NCBI GenBank assembly: GCA_023410295.1
Contig: JAEYPY010000053.1
Coordinates: 1-57,885, forward strand
From: Pseudomonadota bacterium
Lineage (GTDB): Bacteria > Pseudomonadota > Alphaproteobacteria > Caulobacterales > Aquidulcibacteraceae
Length of the DNA stretch: 57,885 bases
Reading direction: 5' to 3'
The notes under the pieces: model-generated
Database searches by the model: none
The model's input: the letters and a program-made list of their open reading frames with translations, nothing else
Told to the model about the DNA's origin: nothing
Position numbers and translations under genes: made by a program
Shown: piece after piece, positions 1 to 13,297 of the stretch
Position numbering within the stretch: the stretch's first letter is position 1
How the letters are laid out: each line of letters begins with the position of its first letter

Positions 1-284
1 GGGCCCGGCCGCCCCCGGGGCGCGCGGCCGCGGAGTTGGCGCTCGATGCGGTGGCGACGAGTTTTCGCGTCGGTTTCCAGATCGCCATGCCGATTATCGC
101 CGCTGGGCTCATTTTTCGCGTCGGCCTTGGCGTGCTGTCGCGGCTCATTCCGCAGATTCAAGTCTTCTTCGTCGCACTGCCGCTGCAGATCATGGGCGGC
201 TTGGTCGTGATCGCGCTTGGGCTCTCGACCGGCATGCTAATCTGGCTCGATAGCCTCGAGCGCTACGCAACGTGGCTGAGGTAG
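1..284 (+). CDS. fliR: Flagellar biosynthetic protein FliR (5' truncated)
   Basis: C-terminal motif GLGVLSRLIPQIQVFFVALPLQI; directly upstream of flhB. Confidence 0.9.
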   Translation, partial: ARPPPGRAAAELALDAVATSFRVGFQIAMPIIAAGLIFRVGLGVLSRLIPQIQVFFVALPLQIMGGLVVIALGLSTGMLIWLDSLERYATWLR

Positions 285-288
285 CGCG

Positions 289-1374
289 ATGGCTGGCTCA
301 GACGACGACGACAAAACAGAAGAGCCCACACCGCGAAAGCTGGAGCAAGCGCGTGAGAAGGGCGACATTGTTTATACGCCGGAAGTGGGCGCGGCGCTTT
401 CGCTGATTGCCGCGACCGGCATCGTCGCCTTTATGTCAGGCCCGATCGTCAGCGAGATGGCGCGCGGCTTCATCGGCTTCATCGCCATGCCGGACCAGTT
501 CTCCTCCGATCCCGGCTCGCTGCGCGCGATCATGACGAGCATCATCCTGAAGCTCATGGCCATCTTCGGCCTCACCGCGCTCGCGCTCGCCGCCGCCGGC
601 ATCGCCGCGCGCTACGTGCAGGACCGCCCGACCTTCAGCGGCGAAAAGCTGACGCCCAAACTGAACAAACTCAATCCGGTCGAAGGCTTCAAACGCGTCT
701 TCGGCAAGCAGGCGTTTGCATCGTTCGTCAAATCGCTGGCCAAGCTGGTGTTGGTAGGTTTCGTATTGGCCTGGGTGCTGTGGCCGAACGATTCCACTAT
801 CGACAACATGGCGCTGCTCGATCCCGGCGCGCTGCTGCCCTTCATCAAGGACAAAGTCGTTTCGATGCTGATCGCGCTCGCCAGCGCGGCGGCGCTGCTC
901 GCGGCTGTGGACTACGTCTTCACGCGCCAGAGCTACATGAAGCGCATGCGCATGAGCCGGCGCGAGATCAAGGAAGAGATGCGCCAGAGCGACGGCGACC
1001 CGATGGTCAAGGCCAAGCTGCGCCAGATCCGTATGGAGCGCTCCCGCAAGCGCATGCTGGCGAACGTGCCGCAGGCCTCGGTCGTTATCACCAACCCGAC
1101 CCATTATGCCGTCGCGCTCAAGTACGATCCGCTGGAAACGCCCGCGCCAATCTGCTTGGCCATGGGCGTCGATGCCGTGGCGCAACGGATTCGCGAGGCG
1201 GCGGAAGAGCACAATATTCCGATCGTGGAAGATCCGCCGCTGGCGCGCGCGCTCTTCGCCACGGCGGAGATCGACCGGCCTATCCCCAAGGAACATTACG
1301 AAGCGGTGGCGAAGGTCATCGGCTTCGTCATGCGCCTGGCGCGCCGTCGTGGCCGCCAGCGCGTGCAATTGTGA
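289..1374 (+). CDS. flhB: Flagellar export substrate-specificity switch FlhB
   Basis: N-terminal DKTEEPTPRKL, NPTH autocleavage motif, EIKEEMRQSDGDP. Confidence 0.97.
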   Translation: MAGSDDDDKTEEPTPRKLEQAREKGDIVYTPEVGAALSLIAATGIVAFMSGPIVSEMARGFIGFIAMPDQFSSDPGSLRAIMTSIILKLMAIFGLTALALAAAGIAARYVQDRPTFSGEKLTPKLNKLNPVEGFKRVFGKQAFASFVKSLAKLVLVGFVLAWVLWPNDSTIDNMALLDPGALLPFIKDKVVSMLIALASAAALLAAVDYVFTRQSYMKRMRMSRREIKEEMRQSDGDPMVKAKLRQIRMERSRKRMLANVPQASVVITNPTHYAVALKYDPLETPAPICLAMGVDAVAQRIREAAEEHNIPIVEDPPLARALFATAEIDRPIPKEHYEAVAKVIGFVMRLARRRGRQRVQL

Positions 1375-1468
1375 ATGGAGCTGCCCAATGGCGGATGGTT
1401 TTCGCTTGAGCCAGCAACGTGATCGGGACCCCGAATCGGGGTCAAGTGCGCCCTCAACAGGCGCGCCA

Positions 1469-3997
1469 ATGACTGACCACGCAGAACTCCCACCCCGCGC
1501 GAGCGGCGGGCGGCTCGATCCGCTTCAGATCCTGTTTTGGGTCTCGGTGACCGTTGGCATTGCCGCCGCGGGCGTTGCAATCACGGCCGGCCCCAGCGTC
1601 GGGCAGGCGGGCGCGGTGCTGCTCGTGCTTTTGGCCGCGGCGGGGATGGTGCTGTTTTTCTGGATGTCACGCGGCGCGGGCCGCAAGGTCGGCGCGTTTC
1701 CGGAGCGCGGCGCGATCGCGGCTACGGCGCTGCTGGGCGGCCGCAACGAGTTCGGGCTGATCGAAGCGCTGGATGAAGCCGCGCTCATCACCGACAGCCA
1801 TTTGTCGCCGATCGTCGCCAATGCGGCGTATGTCGATATCGCGGCGGCTGCCGGCGTGCTGGGCGACAGCGATCGCCCGCCGATGCTGAGCCGCTTGTTC
1901 GGCGCTGATCCGATGTTGTCCGCGCCGATGTTCCGGTTGTCCAAAGCGGCGCAGCTTGGCCAGTCGCGGCGTGAGGATTTGCCGGCGACGGCGGCGCTCA
2001 ACGGCAAGCACACGCGCTATGAAGCCTCCGTCGGACCCATGCCGGGCGGCTATGTGCTGTGGCGCTTGCGCGAAGTCGCGGGTGCGCATGGTGAAGCCGA
2101 CGCAAGCGGCGACGATGGCCGCCAGCTTTTTCTCGATGATTCTCCAGTCGGATTCTTCGCTGCGCGCGCCGACGGCACGATCGTCTACATGAACAGGGCG
2201 CTGCGTTCGGTGCTCGGCCTCGGCGACGATCCTTCGCTGCTGCGGGTCAAGGATTTCGTCAAAGAAGACGCCGCGCGCCTCCTGCGCCGCGATCGCCGCG
2301 GCTTCGGCCCCGCGCGCACGCGCGTCACGTTGCGCGGCATCGACGGGCACGAAACCCAGGCCTCCGCGCTTTCGTTCTGGCCGGTCGAGGACGTGGATGG
2401 CGCGGCGCGCACGTTCGTGTTCTTCGCCGATGCCGAAGCGCCTGACGCGCAAGCGCCGGTGCGGACTGAAACCATCAGCGATGGCGGCGTTTTCGCCAAC
2501 GCCCCGTTCGGCATGGCTGTGCTCGATGGCGGCGACCCCGCGTCTGCGGCGCTGCTTGACGCCAACGGCGCGCTGATGGAGATGACCCAGGGCCGCGCCA
2601 CGCCCAGCGCCGCCTTCGCTGACCTGTTCGAAGCATCCGAAGGTCCGGCGGCGCTTGGTCATCGTTTGCGCCAATCGTTGAATGACCCGATCGAGATGAC
2701 GCTGGCGACATCCCCGCCGACTGCGGTGCACGTGCAGTTCGCGCGCACGCCGGAAGGGCGCGGCATCGCCTATGTTCTGAACGTCACGCAGCAGCGTGAA
2801 CTCGAAACGCGCCTGGCGCAGAGCGAAAAGATGCGGGAGATCGGCGAACTCGCCGCGGGCGTCGCGCACGACTTCAACAATCTGCTGACGGTGGTGATGC
2901 AGACCTGCTCGACGCTGCTGCGCCGTCACCCGGTGGGCGATGCGGACTATCCGATGCTGCGTGAGATTTCCGACCACGCCGTCACGGCCAAGGAGCTCTC
3001 GGAAATGCTGCGCGCCTATGCGCGTCAGCAGACCTTCGCGCGCGAAGTGTTCGATGTCGGTGACTTCATCGGCTCCAAGCAGGAGTTGATCCGCCGCATC
3101 ATGGGCTCGGCGATCCCCTACGAAATCCGGCATGGCCGCGATTTGCCGTACGTGAAGGTCGATAAGACGCAGCTTGAGCGGGTGCTGGTCAACCTCGCCA
3201 CCAATGCGCGCGATGCAATGACGCCGAAGGGTTCGCCGATGGCGAAAGACGGCAAGCTCACGGTGCGGACGTCGGTCGTCACTGCGGAGACCGCGCGCGG
3301 CTTTGGCCACAACCCGATCGAAGATGGCCGCTATGTGATGATCGAGGTGGAAGACACCGGCGGCGGCATCAAGCCGGAGCATCAGGCCAAGATCTTCCGT
3401 CCGTATCACTCGACCAAGGAAGCCGGCAAAGGTACGGGCCTCGGCCTTGCCACCAGCTATGGCATCATCAAGCAATCGGGCGGCTACATCTTTTTCACCT
3501 CAAAGCTGGGCGTCGGCACCACGTTCCGCATCTTCCTGCCGGAATACACGCCGACGCCGGAAGAGCTGGAAGAGATCGCGGCGAAGGAACGCGAGCTGAT
3601 TGCGCCGGCGCCTAAGGATGTCTCCGGCCGCGGCAAGATTCTGTTCGTCGAGGACCTCGTGCCCGTGCGCCGCGCCACCGTGCGCAACTTGAAAGAGTGC
3701 GGTTACGAAGTCGAAGAGGCCGGTGACGGTCAGGAAGCGCTCGACATCATGGCCGCCAAGCCCGGCGCGTTCGACATCATCATTTCCGACGTGTCGATGC
3801 CGATCATGACCGGCCCCGAAATGCTCGAAGAAGCCGATCCCGCGATGATCGGCAACGCGAAGGTGCTCTTTCTTTCCGGCTATGCGCCGGAAAGCTTCAG
3901 TCACATGCTCGAGCGCTACCCGGTGCACTATCTCAGCAAGCCGGTGACGATGGAGCAGTTGGTCGGGCGCGTGAAGGAGCTGCTGAGCGCCGCGTGA
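1469..3997 (+). CDS. cckA: Hybrid cell-cycle histidine kinase CckA (2 TM, PAS-like, HisKA, HATPase, receiver); alternative start 1388
   Basis: H-box AGVAHDFNNLL, GKGTGLGL, receiver IISDVSMP...SKP; flhB-cckA-recA order typical of Alphaproteobacteria. Confidence 0.88.
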   Translation: MTDHAELPPRASGGRLDPLQILFWVSVTVGIAAAGVAITAGPSVGQAGAVLLVLLAAAGMVLFFWMSRGAGRKVGAFPERGAIAATALLGGRNEFGLIEALDEAALITDSHLSPIVANAAYVDIAAAAGVLGDSDRPPMLSRLFGADPMLSAPMFRLSKAAQLGQSRREDLPATAALNGKHTRYEASVGPMPGGYVLWRLREVAGAHGEADASGDDGRQLFLDDSPVGFFAARADGTIVYMNRALRSVLGLGDDPSLLRVKDFVKEDAARLLRRDRRGFGPARTRVTLRGIDGHETQASALSFWPVEDVDGAARTFVFFADAEAPDAQAPVRTETISDGGVFANAPFGMAVLDGGDPASAALLDANGALMEMTQGRATPSAAFADLFEASEGPAALGHRLRQSLNDPIEMTLATSPPTAVHVQFARTPEGRGIAYVLNVTQQRELETRLAQSEKMREIGELAAGVAHDFNNLLTVVMQTCSTLLRRHPVGDADYPMLREISDHAVTAKELSEMLRAYARQQTFAREVFDVGDFIGSKQELIRRIMGSAIPYEIRHGRDLPYVKVDKTQLERVLVNLATNARDAMTPKGSPMAKDGKLTVRTSVVTAETARGFGHNPIEDGRYVMIEVEDTGGGIKPEHQAKIFRPYHSTKEAGKGTGLGLATSYGIIKQSGGYIFFTSKLGVGTTFRIFLPEYTPTPEELEEIAAKERELIAPAPKDVSGRGKILFVEDLVPVRRATVRNLKECGYEVEEAGDGQEALDIMAAKPGAFDIIISDVSMPIMTGPEMLEEADPAMIGNAKVLFLSGYAPESFSHMLERYPVHYLSKPVTMEQLVGRVKELLSAA

Positions 3998-4066
3998 TGC
4001 GGCGCGCCGTGTTGATCCGTGTGCGTTGCGAGCTAGTTACGCTGGAATTCCGCTTAGGCGCACTGG

Positions 4067-4282
4067 ATGAAAATCGTCGTCTTCATTATCGGCGCCATCC
4101 TTGTCCTGCTGGGCGGGCTTTGGCTGGTGCAGGGATTAGGCCTCGCGCAGATCGAGCCCATCGCCTGCGTTGCGGAATGCACGCCGCTGGAAGGACCATC
4201 GCTCACTTGGGCCGTGATCGGCGCCGCGACACTCGCGGTCGGCGTCGCGGTCATCCTCTATGGTCGAAAACACCGCAGCTAG
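4067..4282 (+). CDS. Small two-TM membrane protein with CxxxC loop
   Basis: Two hydrophobic helices flanking PIACVAECTP, basic C-terminus. Confidence 0.65.
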   Translation: MKIVVFIIGAILVLLGGLWLVQGLGLAQIEPIACVAECTPLEGPSLTWAVIGAATLAVGVAVILYGRKHRS

Positions 4283-4355
4283 GCTTCCAGAGTGCAGGCG
4301 AGCGCGTGCCGCTCTCTTGACGGGCAATCATGGCCGCTGGCCTCAAACGCGTGAG

Positions 4356-4589
4356 TCAGCGCGCGCTTTTGCGTTCGCGCTTGGCGGCAAGGATGGCGAG
4401 CTTTTCGCTGGGGGGATAAACGACGACGCCGCCATCGGGAGCGGTGACGATCACGATGTCGGGGTTGGGCTTCTGGATGAAGCCGGCCGGGCGCGACAGC
4501 GCGGCAGTGTGGACGCGGAAAGAAGCGACGCCCTCAAGCGTTGCGGGATGACTGCCGCGGGGTGGCAGCGGCGCCAGGGACGATGCCAT
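4356..4589 (-). CDS. Hypothetical protein
   Basis: 77 aa ORF in an otherwise empty gap, GGAGAGG upstream on the minus strand. Confidence 0.45.
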   Translation of the reverse strand: MASSLAPLPPRGSHPATLEGVASFRVHTAALSRPAGFIQKPNPDIVIVTAPDGGVVVYPPSEKLAILAAKRERKSAR

Positions 4590-4768
4590 CGCGCGATCCT
4601 CTCCGTTTTCCCCTCGGAACTACTTAACGCCGAACTTGGCGGTTAGGGAATAGCGATTGCTGATCGGGGCTCGGGATTGGGGCGCTGAGGTTAGTGGTCG
4701 TTTCGCCCGGCCGCACATTATCTAGCGCGTTCCGATCCCCGGCGTGGAATACGCAATCCTACGCGTAT

Positions 4769-4801
4769 GTTCTACTTGTGTTCTTAGAACAAAGGCGGTA
4801 C
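4769..4801. promoter_or_regulatory. Two alphaproteobacterial LexA (SOS) boxes
   Basis: GTTC-tacttgt-GTTC (4769-4783) and GAAC-aaaggcg-GTAC (4787-4801) upstream of recA. Confidence 0.9.
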
Positions 4802-4877
4802 ATACGATTCCTGATCGAGGTGATGACGAGGCCGGTGGCGCGAGCGCTGGACTCAGGGCCTAAGGGAGGCGGAAACC

Positions 4878-5960
4878 ATGGCGACCAAGCTGAAGCTTGT
4901 TGAGGCGGAAGTGGAAACGGACAAGCAGAAGGCGTTGGCCGCAGCGCTGAAGCAGATCGATCAGGCCTTCGGCAAAGGCTCGGTCATGCGTCTCGGCGAA
5001 AAGCCGGTGGTGGAGGTCGAGGCGGTCTCGACCGGCTCGCTCTCGCTCGACATCGCGCTCGGCATCGGCGGGCTGCCCAAGGGCCGCATCGTTGAAATCT
5101 ACGGTCCCGAGAGCTCGGGCAAGACCACTCTGGCGCTGCACTGCATCGCCGAAGCGCAGAAGTCCGGCGGCGTGTGCGCCTTCGTCGATGCTGAACACGC
5201 GCTCGATCCGATCTATGCGCGCAAGCTCGGCGTCGATCTCGACGATCTCCTGGTCTCGCAGCCCGACACGGGCGAACAGGCGCTCGAAATCACCGACACA
5301 CTGGTGCGCTCCGGCGCGATCGATGTGCTGGTCGTCGACTCGGTTGCGGCGCTGACGCCGCGCGCGGAAATCGAAGGCGAGATGGGCGACAGCCTGCCGG
5401 GTCTGCAGGCGCGCCTTATGAGCCAGGCGCTGCGCAAGCTGACGGCCTCGATCAACAAGTCGAAGACGCTGGTCATCTTCATCAACCAGATCCGCATGAA
5501 GATCGGCGTCATGTACGGCAACCCGGAAACAACGACGGGCGGCAACGCGCTGAAGTTCTACGCCTCGGTCCGTCTCGACATCCGCCGCACCGGCCAGATC
5601 AAGGAACGCGACGAGGTGATCGGCTCGGAAACGCGCGTGAAGGTGGTCAAGAACAAGGTCGCGCCGCCGTTCAAGCAGGTTTCGTTCGACATCATCTATG
5701 GCGAAGGCGTCTCCAAGACCGGCGAACTGATTGAGCTCGGCGTCAAGGCCGGCGTGATCGACAAGTCCGGCGCCTGGTACGCCTACGGCTCGCAGAAGAT
5801 CGGCCAAGGCAAGGAAGCCGCGCGCCGCTTCTTGAAGGAAAACCGCGCCGTGGCGCTCGAGATCGAGGACCGCATCCGCGGCAAGTCCAATGCGGTGGCG
5901 GATGCGATGTATTCGCCGCCGACGGACGATGAAGCCAAGGACGCCGCCGAAGGCGAGTGA
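4878..5960 (+). CDS. recA: Recombinase RecA
   Basis: GPESSGKTT Walker [39 protein letters not shown]. Confidence 0.99.
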   Translation: MATKLKLVEAEVETDKQKALAAALKQIDQAFGKGSVMRLGEKPVVEVEAVSTGSLSLDIALGIGGLPKGRIVEIYGPESSGKTTLALHCIAEAQKSGGVCAFVDAEHALDPIYARKLGVDLDDLLVSQPDTGEQALEITDTLVRSGAIDVLVVDSVAALTPRAEIEGEMGDSLPGLQARLMSQALRKLTASINKSKTLVIFINQIRMKIGVMYGNPETTTGGNALKFYASVRLDIRRTGQIKERDEVIGSETRVKVVKNKVAPPFKQVSFDIIYGEGVSKTGELIELGVKAGVIDKSGAWYAYGSQKIGQGKEAARRFLKENRAVALEIEDRIRGKSNAVADAMYSPPTDDEAKDAAEGE

Positions 5961-6070
5961 TCTTGCGGCGCATGAGTTTTCGCTGGCCGGTTCGGGGCGT
6001 GTAGCCGACCCGACCCCATGCCCTGGCCCATGACCCCGGGCCGGCCGGCGAATTCCGAACGGAGGCCGCC

Positions 6071-6496
6071 ATGGAGCCGCGCGTTTCTCTGATCACCTTG
6101 GGTGTTGAGGATTTGGCGCGGGCGCGCGCCTTCTACGAGCGCCTTGGTTTCAAGGCTTCCTCGGTCGGGGGCGGTGAGGTGGTGTTCTTTCAGGCCGGCG
6201 CGCTCGCGTTATGCCTTTTCCCGCGCAAGAGCCTCGCCTGTGATGCGAACGTCCCCGTTGACGGCGCCGGTTTCCGCGCCATCGCGCTTGCTCACAATGT
6301 CCGCACTAAGGATGGGGTCGACGCCAGTATCGCGGAGGCCGAAGCGGCAGGGGCTACGGTCGTGAAGCCGGCGGAGGACGCGCCCTGGGGCGGTCGTTCA
6401 GGTTATTTCGCCGATCCTGACGGGCACCTCTGGGAAGTCGCCTGGAATCCGCACTTCCCATTGGCCGAAGACGGGGCGCTGTCGCTGCCGGCGTGA
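6071..6496 (+). CDS. VOC/glyoxalase family protein
   Basis: SLITLGVEDLARARAFY ... WGGRSGYFADPDGHLWEVAWNP. Confidence 0.9.
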   Translation: MEPRVSLITLGVEDLARARAFYERLGFKASSVGGGEVVFFQAGALALCLFPRKSLACDANVPVDGAGFRAIALAHNVRTKDGVDASIAEAEAAGATVVKPAEDAPWGGRSGYFADPDGHLWEVAWNPHFPLAEDGALSLPA

Positions 6497-6568
6497 CGGT
6501 CCAGCGCTTGGCGCGCCCCGGCGCACTACCTATACCAAGCCCCGCACCTCTGATTTGGCTTGGGTTAC

Positions 6569-9234
<2,666 letters not shown>

Positions 9235-9238
<4 letters not shown>

Positions 9239-9750
9239 CCGCGTTCAGGTATCGCGACGCGGTTGAAAGCGATGCTGCAGCGCTTGCCGCCTTTGCAAGC
9301 GAGAGCTGGGCGCGCACGTTCGCGCATGTCGGCTATCCGCCGGCGGACCTCCAAGCCTATTTGAGCAAGAGCTTTGGCGCAGAGATTCAGCGCGCGGAGA
9401 TTGCGGATCCCGAGGTGCGCTATCGCCTTGCGTTCGATAATCAGGGCGTCGCCGGCTATTGCATGATGGGCGTGCTGGCAATGCCGGTCGATGACGCCAA
9501 TGCGCTTGAGCTGCATCGGCTCTATGTGGATGAGCGCGCGAAAGGCAAAGGCGTCGCCGATGCGCTTATGCAAGACTGTATCGCCTGGGCGAAGGCCAAG
9601 GGCGCGAAGACGCTTTATCTCAGCGTCTGGGAGAACAACGAACGCGCGCAGCGCTTCTATCGCCGCTTCGGATTCGAAGATTTCAGCGAGTGGGATTTCA
9701 TGGTCGGCGAGACCGCGGACCGTGATTTGATCTGGCGATTGAGTCTTTAG
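9235..9750 (+). CDS. GNAT family N-acetyltransferase
   Basis: [39 protein letters not shown] overlap with alaS stop. Confidence 0.9.
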
Positions 9751-9843
9751 AGGGTGGTCTGAAGACCGCGCTCCACTCAGTAACGTCTCCGAAACCAAAT
9801 CAGTCGCTTTTGGACGACTCGATTCGGTTGTGGGGACGCCGAC

Positions 9844-10185
9844 ATGACGCAAAACGATGCACTGGCCGCTTATCTCGGGCCAGAGCTTTTCGAGCGGCTG
9901 CAATGGAGCCAGCTCAACTGTGAACAACGTGAAGCGATTCTCTCGGTGTTCCGAGTCGGATTGAGCGCCGGGGCGCAGTCGGGGTCGGTGGCGACCATCG
10001 ATTGCGTGCTTGGCCGCGGCAAGGTGATGATCACCGAAGACGGCTCGCGCTGGGCCGCGCGCGAGCGCGACGATGCCGAACTGATCGAGGACTGGGGCGC
10101 CGGCGCGCTGGTGGCGATCCACCGCCAGCTGATCTACCGGCTGGATCCGTATCAGGCGGCGGAAGTGGAGCTGCTGCAGCTGTAA
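9844..10185 (+). CDS. Hypothetical protein
   Basis: 113 aa ORF filling the gap with normal codon usage. Confidence 0.65.
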   Translation: MTQNDALAAYLGPELFERLQWSQLNCEQREAILSVFRVGLSAGAQSGSVATIDCVLGRGKVMITEDGSRWAARERDDAELIEDWGAGALVAIHRQLIYRLDPYQAAEVELLQL

Positions 10186-10274
10186 CGGCGGCAGTCGGCG
10201 GTGCTTTTATTTGGCTTGCGGAACGTAACGGCAAGAGCGTTAACGTTCGACCATCGACTGCCGAAGAGGCCGCC

Positions 10275-11156
10275 ATGACTTACGAAACGATCACGCTCAC
10301 AATCGCCGACAAGATCGCGACGCTCACACTCAACCGGCCCGACCGGATGAATGCGTTCACCGATCAGATGGTGCGCGACATGGTGGCGGCGTTCAATGAA
10401 ACCGACGCCAACGACGATGTGCGCGTCGTCATCGTCACCGGCGCGGGGCGCGCGTTTTGCGCCGGCGCGGATCTGGGCGCGGGCGGGGCGACGTTCGATT
10501 ACGAAAAGCGTTTCGCCGCGCGCGGCGGCCAAGGCGCGTTCGACATTGAGCGATCGCGAGATGGCGGCGGCATTGTCGGCGTGCGCATCTATGAAAGCTT
10601 GAAGCCGGTGATCGCCGCGATCAACGGCGCGGCGGTCGGCGTCGGCGCGACGATGACGTTGCCTATGGACATTCGCCTTGCCGTCGAAGGCGCGAAGATG
10701 GGCTTTGTGTTCGCGCGGCGCGGCATCGTGCCGGAGACGCTCTCGTCCTATTTCCTGCCGCGCCTCGTCGGCGTGCAGACCGCGCTTGAGTGGACCATGA
10801 CCGGCCGCGTGTTTACGAGCGAGGAGGCGCATCAGCGCGGGCTGGTGCGCTCGCTGCATAAGCCGGATGAGCTTTTGCCGGCTGCGCATGCGCTGGCGCG
10901 CGAGATTGCGGACAACACGGCGCCGGTTTCGGTCGCGTTGGCGCGGCGGATGATGCTGGACATGCTGGATGCGAGCCATCCGATGGAAGCACATCGGCTT
11001 GAAAGCCGTTTGATGGTGGCGCGCGGGCAGTCAGGCGACGCTAAAGAGGGCGTGACATCGTTCTTGGAAAAGCGTGCGCCGGCTTATCCCGACAAGGTTT
11101 CGCGCGACTTGCCGCAGCCGTTCCCCTGGCGGCCGACGCCGCCGTTTAAGGAATAG
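10275..11156 (+). CDS. Crotonase/enoyl-CoA hydratase family protein
   Basis: LNRPDRMNAF, TGAGRAFCAGADL, KPVIAAINGAAVGVG. Confidence 0.93.
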   Translation: MTYETITLTIADKIATLTLNRPDRMNAFTDQMVRDMVAAFNETDANDDVRVVIVTGAGRAFCAGADLGAGGATFDYEKRFAARGGQGAFDIERSRDGGGIVGVRIYESLKPVIAAINGAAVGVGATMTLPMDIRLAVEGAKMGFVFARRGIVPETLSSYFLPRLVGVQTALEWTMTGRVFTSEEAHQRGLVRSLHKPDELLPAAHALAREIADNTAPVSVALARRMMLDMLDASHPMEAHRLESRLMVARGQSGDAKEGVTSFLEKRAPAYPDKVSRDLPQPFPWRPTPPFKE

Positions 11157-11163
11157 TGTGGCG

Positions 11164-11595
11164 TCAGCGTCGATACTGGATGAAGCCCAGATTGCGCGCG
11201 ACTTTGTCATAAAGCCTCCGCGCGGTCGTGTTGCTCTCGTGCGTCAGCCAATAGACGCGTTCGCAGCCGCGGCGGTCGGCTTCGGCGTAGACGGCTTCGA
11301 TCAGCGCGCGGCCGGCGCCTGGCCCGCGCGCGGACGCCGTAACGAAGAGATCTTCGAGATAGCAAAAATCACCGATCGCCCAGGTGCCGCGATGGAGCAC
11401 GCAATTGACGAAGCCGATCACTTCGCCGTCGTGTTCGGCAAGCAGGCAGAACATCGGTTCGCTGGGATCGAGGAGGCGCGACCACGTGGTTGCGCTGACC
11501 TCGGGCGCCAAGTCCGTTTCGTAGAAGGTGAGATAATCGCCCCACAGCGCGCTCCAGGCATCGCGATCGGCGGCGCGGGCTTCGCGGATGATCAT
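11164..11595 (-). CDS. GNAT family N-acetyltransferase
   Basis: CYLEDLFV..SARGPGAGRALI, VYWLTHESNTTARRLYD. Confidence 0.9.
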   Translation of the reverse strand: MIIREARAADRDAWSALWGDYLTFYETDLAPEVSATTWSRLLDPSEPMFCLLAEHDGEVIGFVNCVLHRGTWAIGDFCYLEDLFVTASARGPGAGRALIEAVYAEADRRGCERVYWLTHESNTTARRLYDKVARNLGFIQYRR

Positions 11596-12005
11596 ATGTG
11601 CTTTCCGATCGCTGCTTCGGCTTCGACCTCTTCGGCGACCGCTTCGCCGTCATCGTCGCGCGTCATGAAGAACGTGCCGGACCATTCGCCAGGGATGCTC
11701 CACTGGCCTTCGATGCGCGTCAGCGCTTCATCGACCGCCCCTTCATAGCGCACGGCGTGGCGGATGCCGGCGTCATTGTAGAATTTGGAGAACGTCACGG
11801 CGCTGCCGACGCGCACGCCTTCGATCTCGGCGATCAGCACCGTCGCAAGCGATTGCGAGAACGTGTTCGGCTCTTGCGTCGAGCCGACGAAGGCACCGCC
11901 GACTTCCTCGAGTTGTGCGTTGAACACGGTTTCTGACGAAGCATCGCCCGGATAGCGATAAGCGCCACTCCATGCGCCCGTGAGCGTGGAGCGGCGCTTT
12001 GTCAT
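11592..12005 (-). CDS. Hypothetical protein, beta-rich
   Basis: ATG 1 nt after the icd stop and ATGA overlap with the GNAT gene. Confidence 0.75.
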   Translation of the reverse strand: MTKRRSTLTGAWSGAYRYPGDASSETVFNAQLEEVGGAFVGSTQEPNTFSQSLATVLIAEIEGVRVGSAVTFSKFYNDAGIRHAVRYEGAVDEALTRIEGQWSIPGEWSGTFFMTRDDDGEAVAEEVEAEAAIGKHI

Positions 12006-12006
12006 G

Positions 12007-13224
12007 TCACGCGTTGGCCATCGCGCGGTCGAGATTGTCGCCAACCGCGTCGAGGAAGCCTTCGGTGGTGAGCCAGGCCTGCTTATCGCCGACGAGCAGG
12101 GCGAGGTCCTTGGTCATCTGGCCGCTCTCGACCGTATCGACGACAACCTTCTCCAGCAGCAGCGCGTAGTCGATGAGCTTCTGGTTGTTGTCGAGCTTGC
12201 CGCGATGGGCGAGGCCGCGCGTCCAGGCGAAGATCGAGGCGACGGAATTGGTGCTGGTCGGCTCGCCCTTCTGGTGCTGGCGATAGTGGCGCGTCACCGT
12301 GCCGTGCGCGGCTTCTGCTTCCATGGTCTTGCCGTCGGGGGTCAAGAGCACGCTGGTCATGAGACCGAGCGAGCCGAAGCCTTGCGCGACGGTGTCGGAC
12401 TGGACGTCACCATCGTAGTTCTTGCAGGCCCAGACGAAGCCGCCCGACCATTTCAGAGCAGAGGCGACCATGTCGTCGATCAGGCGGTGTTCATAGGTGA
12501 TCTTGCGTTTGTCGAACTCGGCCTTGAACTCGGCGTTGAACACCTCTTCGAAGATGTCCTTGAAGCGCCCATCATAGGCCTTGAGGATCGTGTTCTTGGT
12601 CGAGAGATAGACCGGCCAGTTCTTCATCAGGCCGTAATTGAACGAGGCGCGGGCGAAGTCGCGGATCGAGTCGTCGAGATTGTACATCGCCATGGTGACG
12701 CCAGCCCCCGGCGCCTTGAACACTTCCTTCTCGATCGTCTGTCCGTCTTCGCCGACGAACTTGATCGTGAGCGTACCCTTGCCCGGGAATTTGAAATCGG
12801 TCGCGCGGTACTGGTCGCCGAAGGCGTGTCGGCCGACGACGATGGGCTGGGTCCAGCCGGGCACGAGGCGCGGCACGTTCTTCATGATGATCGGTTCGCG
12901 GAAGATGACCCCGCCCAGGATGTTGCGGATGGTGCCGTTCGGGCTCTTCCACATTTCTTTGAGGCCGAACTCCTTCACCCGCGCTTCGTCCGGGGTGATG
13001 GTCGCGCACTTGACGGCGACGCCGTACTGCTTGGTGGCGTTGGCGGCGTCGATGGTGATCTGATCGTTGGTCTCGTCGCGCTTTTCGACGCCGAGATCGA
13101 AATACTTAAGATCGATGTCGAGATAGGGGTGGATCAGCCGGTCCTTGATCAGGGCCCAGATGATGCGGGTCATCTCGTCGCCATCCATTTCAACGATCGG
13201 GTTGTCGACCTTGATCTTCGCCAT
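12007..13224 (-). CDS. icd: NADP-dependent isocitrate dehydrogenase
   Basis: [42 protein letters not shown]. Confidence 0.98.
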   Translation of the reverse strand: MAKIKVDNPIVEMDGDEMTRIIWALIKDRLIHPYLDIDLKYFDLGVEKRDETNDQITIDAANATKQYGVAVKCATITPDEARVKEFGLKEMWKSPNGTIRNILGGVIFREPIIMKNVPRLVPGWTQPIVVGRHAFGDQYRATDFKFPGKGTLTIKFVGEDGQTIEKEVFKAPGAGVTMAMYNLDDSIRDFARASFNYGLMKNWPVYLSTKNTILKAYDGRFKDIFEEVFNAEFKAEFDKRKITYEHRLIDDMVASALKWSGGFVWACKNYDGDVQSDTVAQGFGSLGLMTSVLLTPDGKTMEAEAAHGTVTRHYRQHQKGEPTSTNSVASIFAWTRGLAHRGKLDNNQKLIDYALLLEKVVVDTVESGQMTKDLALLVGDKQAWLTTEGFLDAVGDNLDRAMANA

Positions 13225-13297
13225 CGCTTCAGCACCTCGCGTTCGGGGAAATTGCGGGGCGTGGTAGCAGCTTGGGCGGGCCGCGCAATGCGGCGGC

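Noticed and set aside
1..33. Run made only of G and C at the window start
   Set aside because: Lies in frame with the truncated fliR at the edge; most simply coding sequence or low-quality terminal bases
1106..1387. N-terminal extension of the 963 aa cckA ORF
   Set aside because: Overlaps flhB in another frame and reads as Arg/Ser-rich junk; real start is 1469 or 1388
1667..3475. 602 aa antisense ORF over cckA, and similar long antisense ORFs over recA, alaS, icd, rimO and the capsid gene
   Set aside because: Typical high-GC shadow frames caused by codon bias; no recognisable motifs
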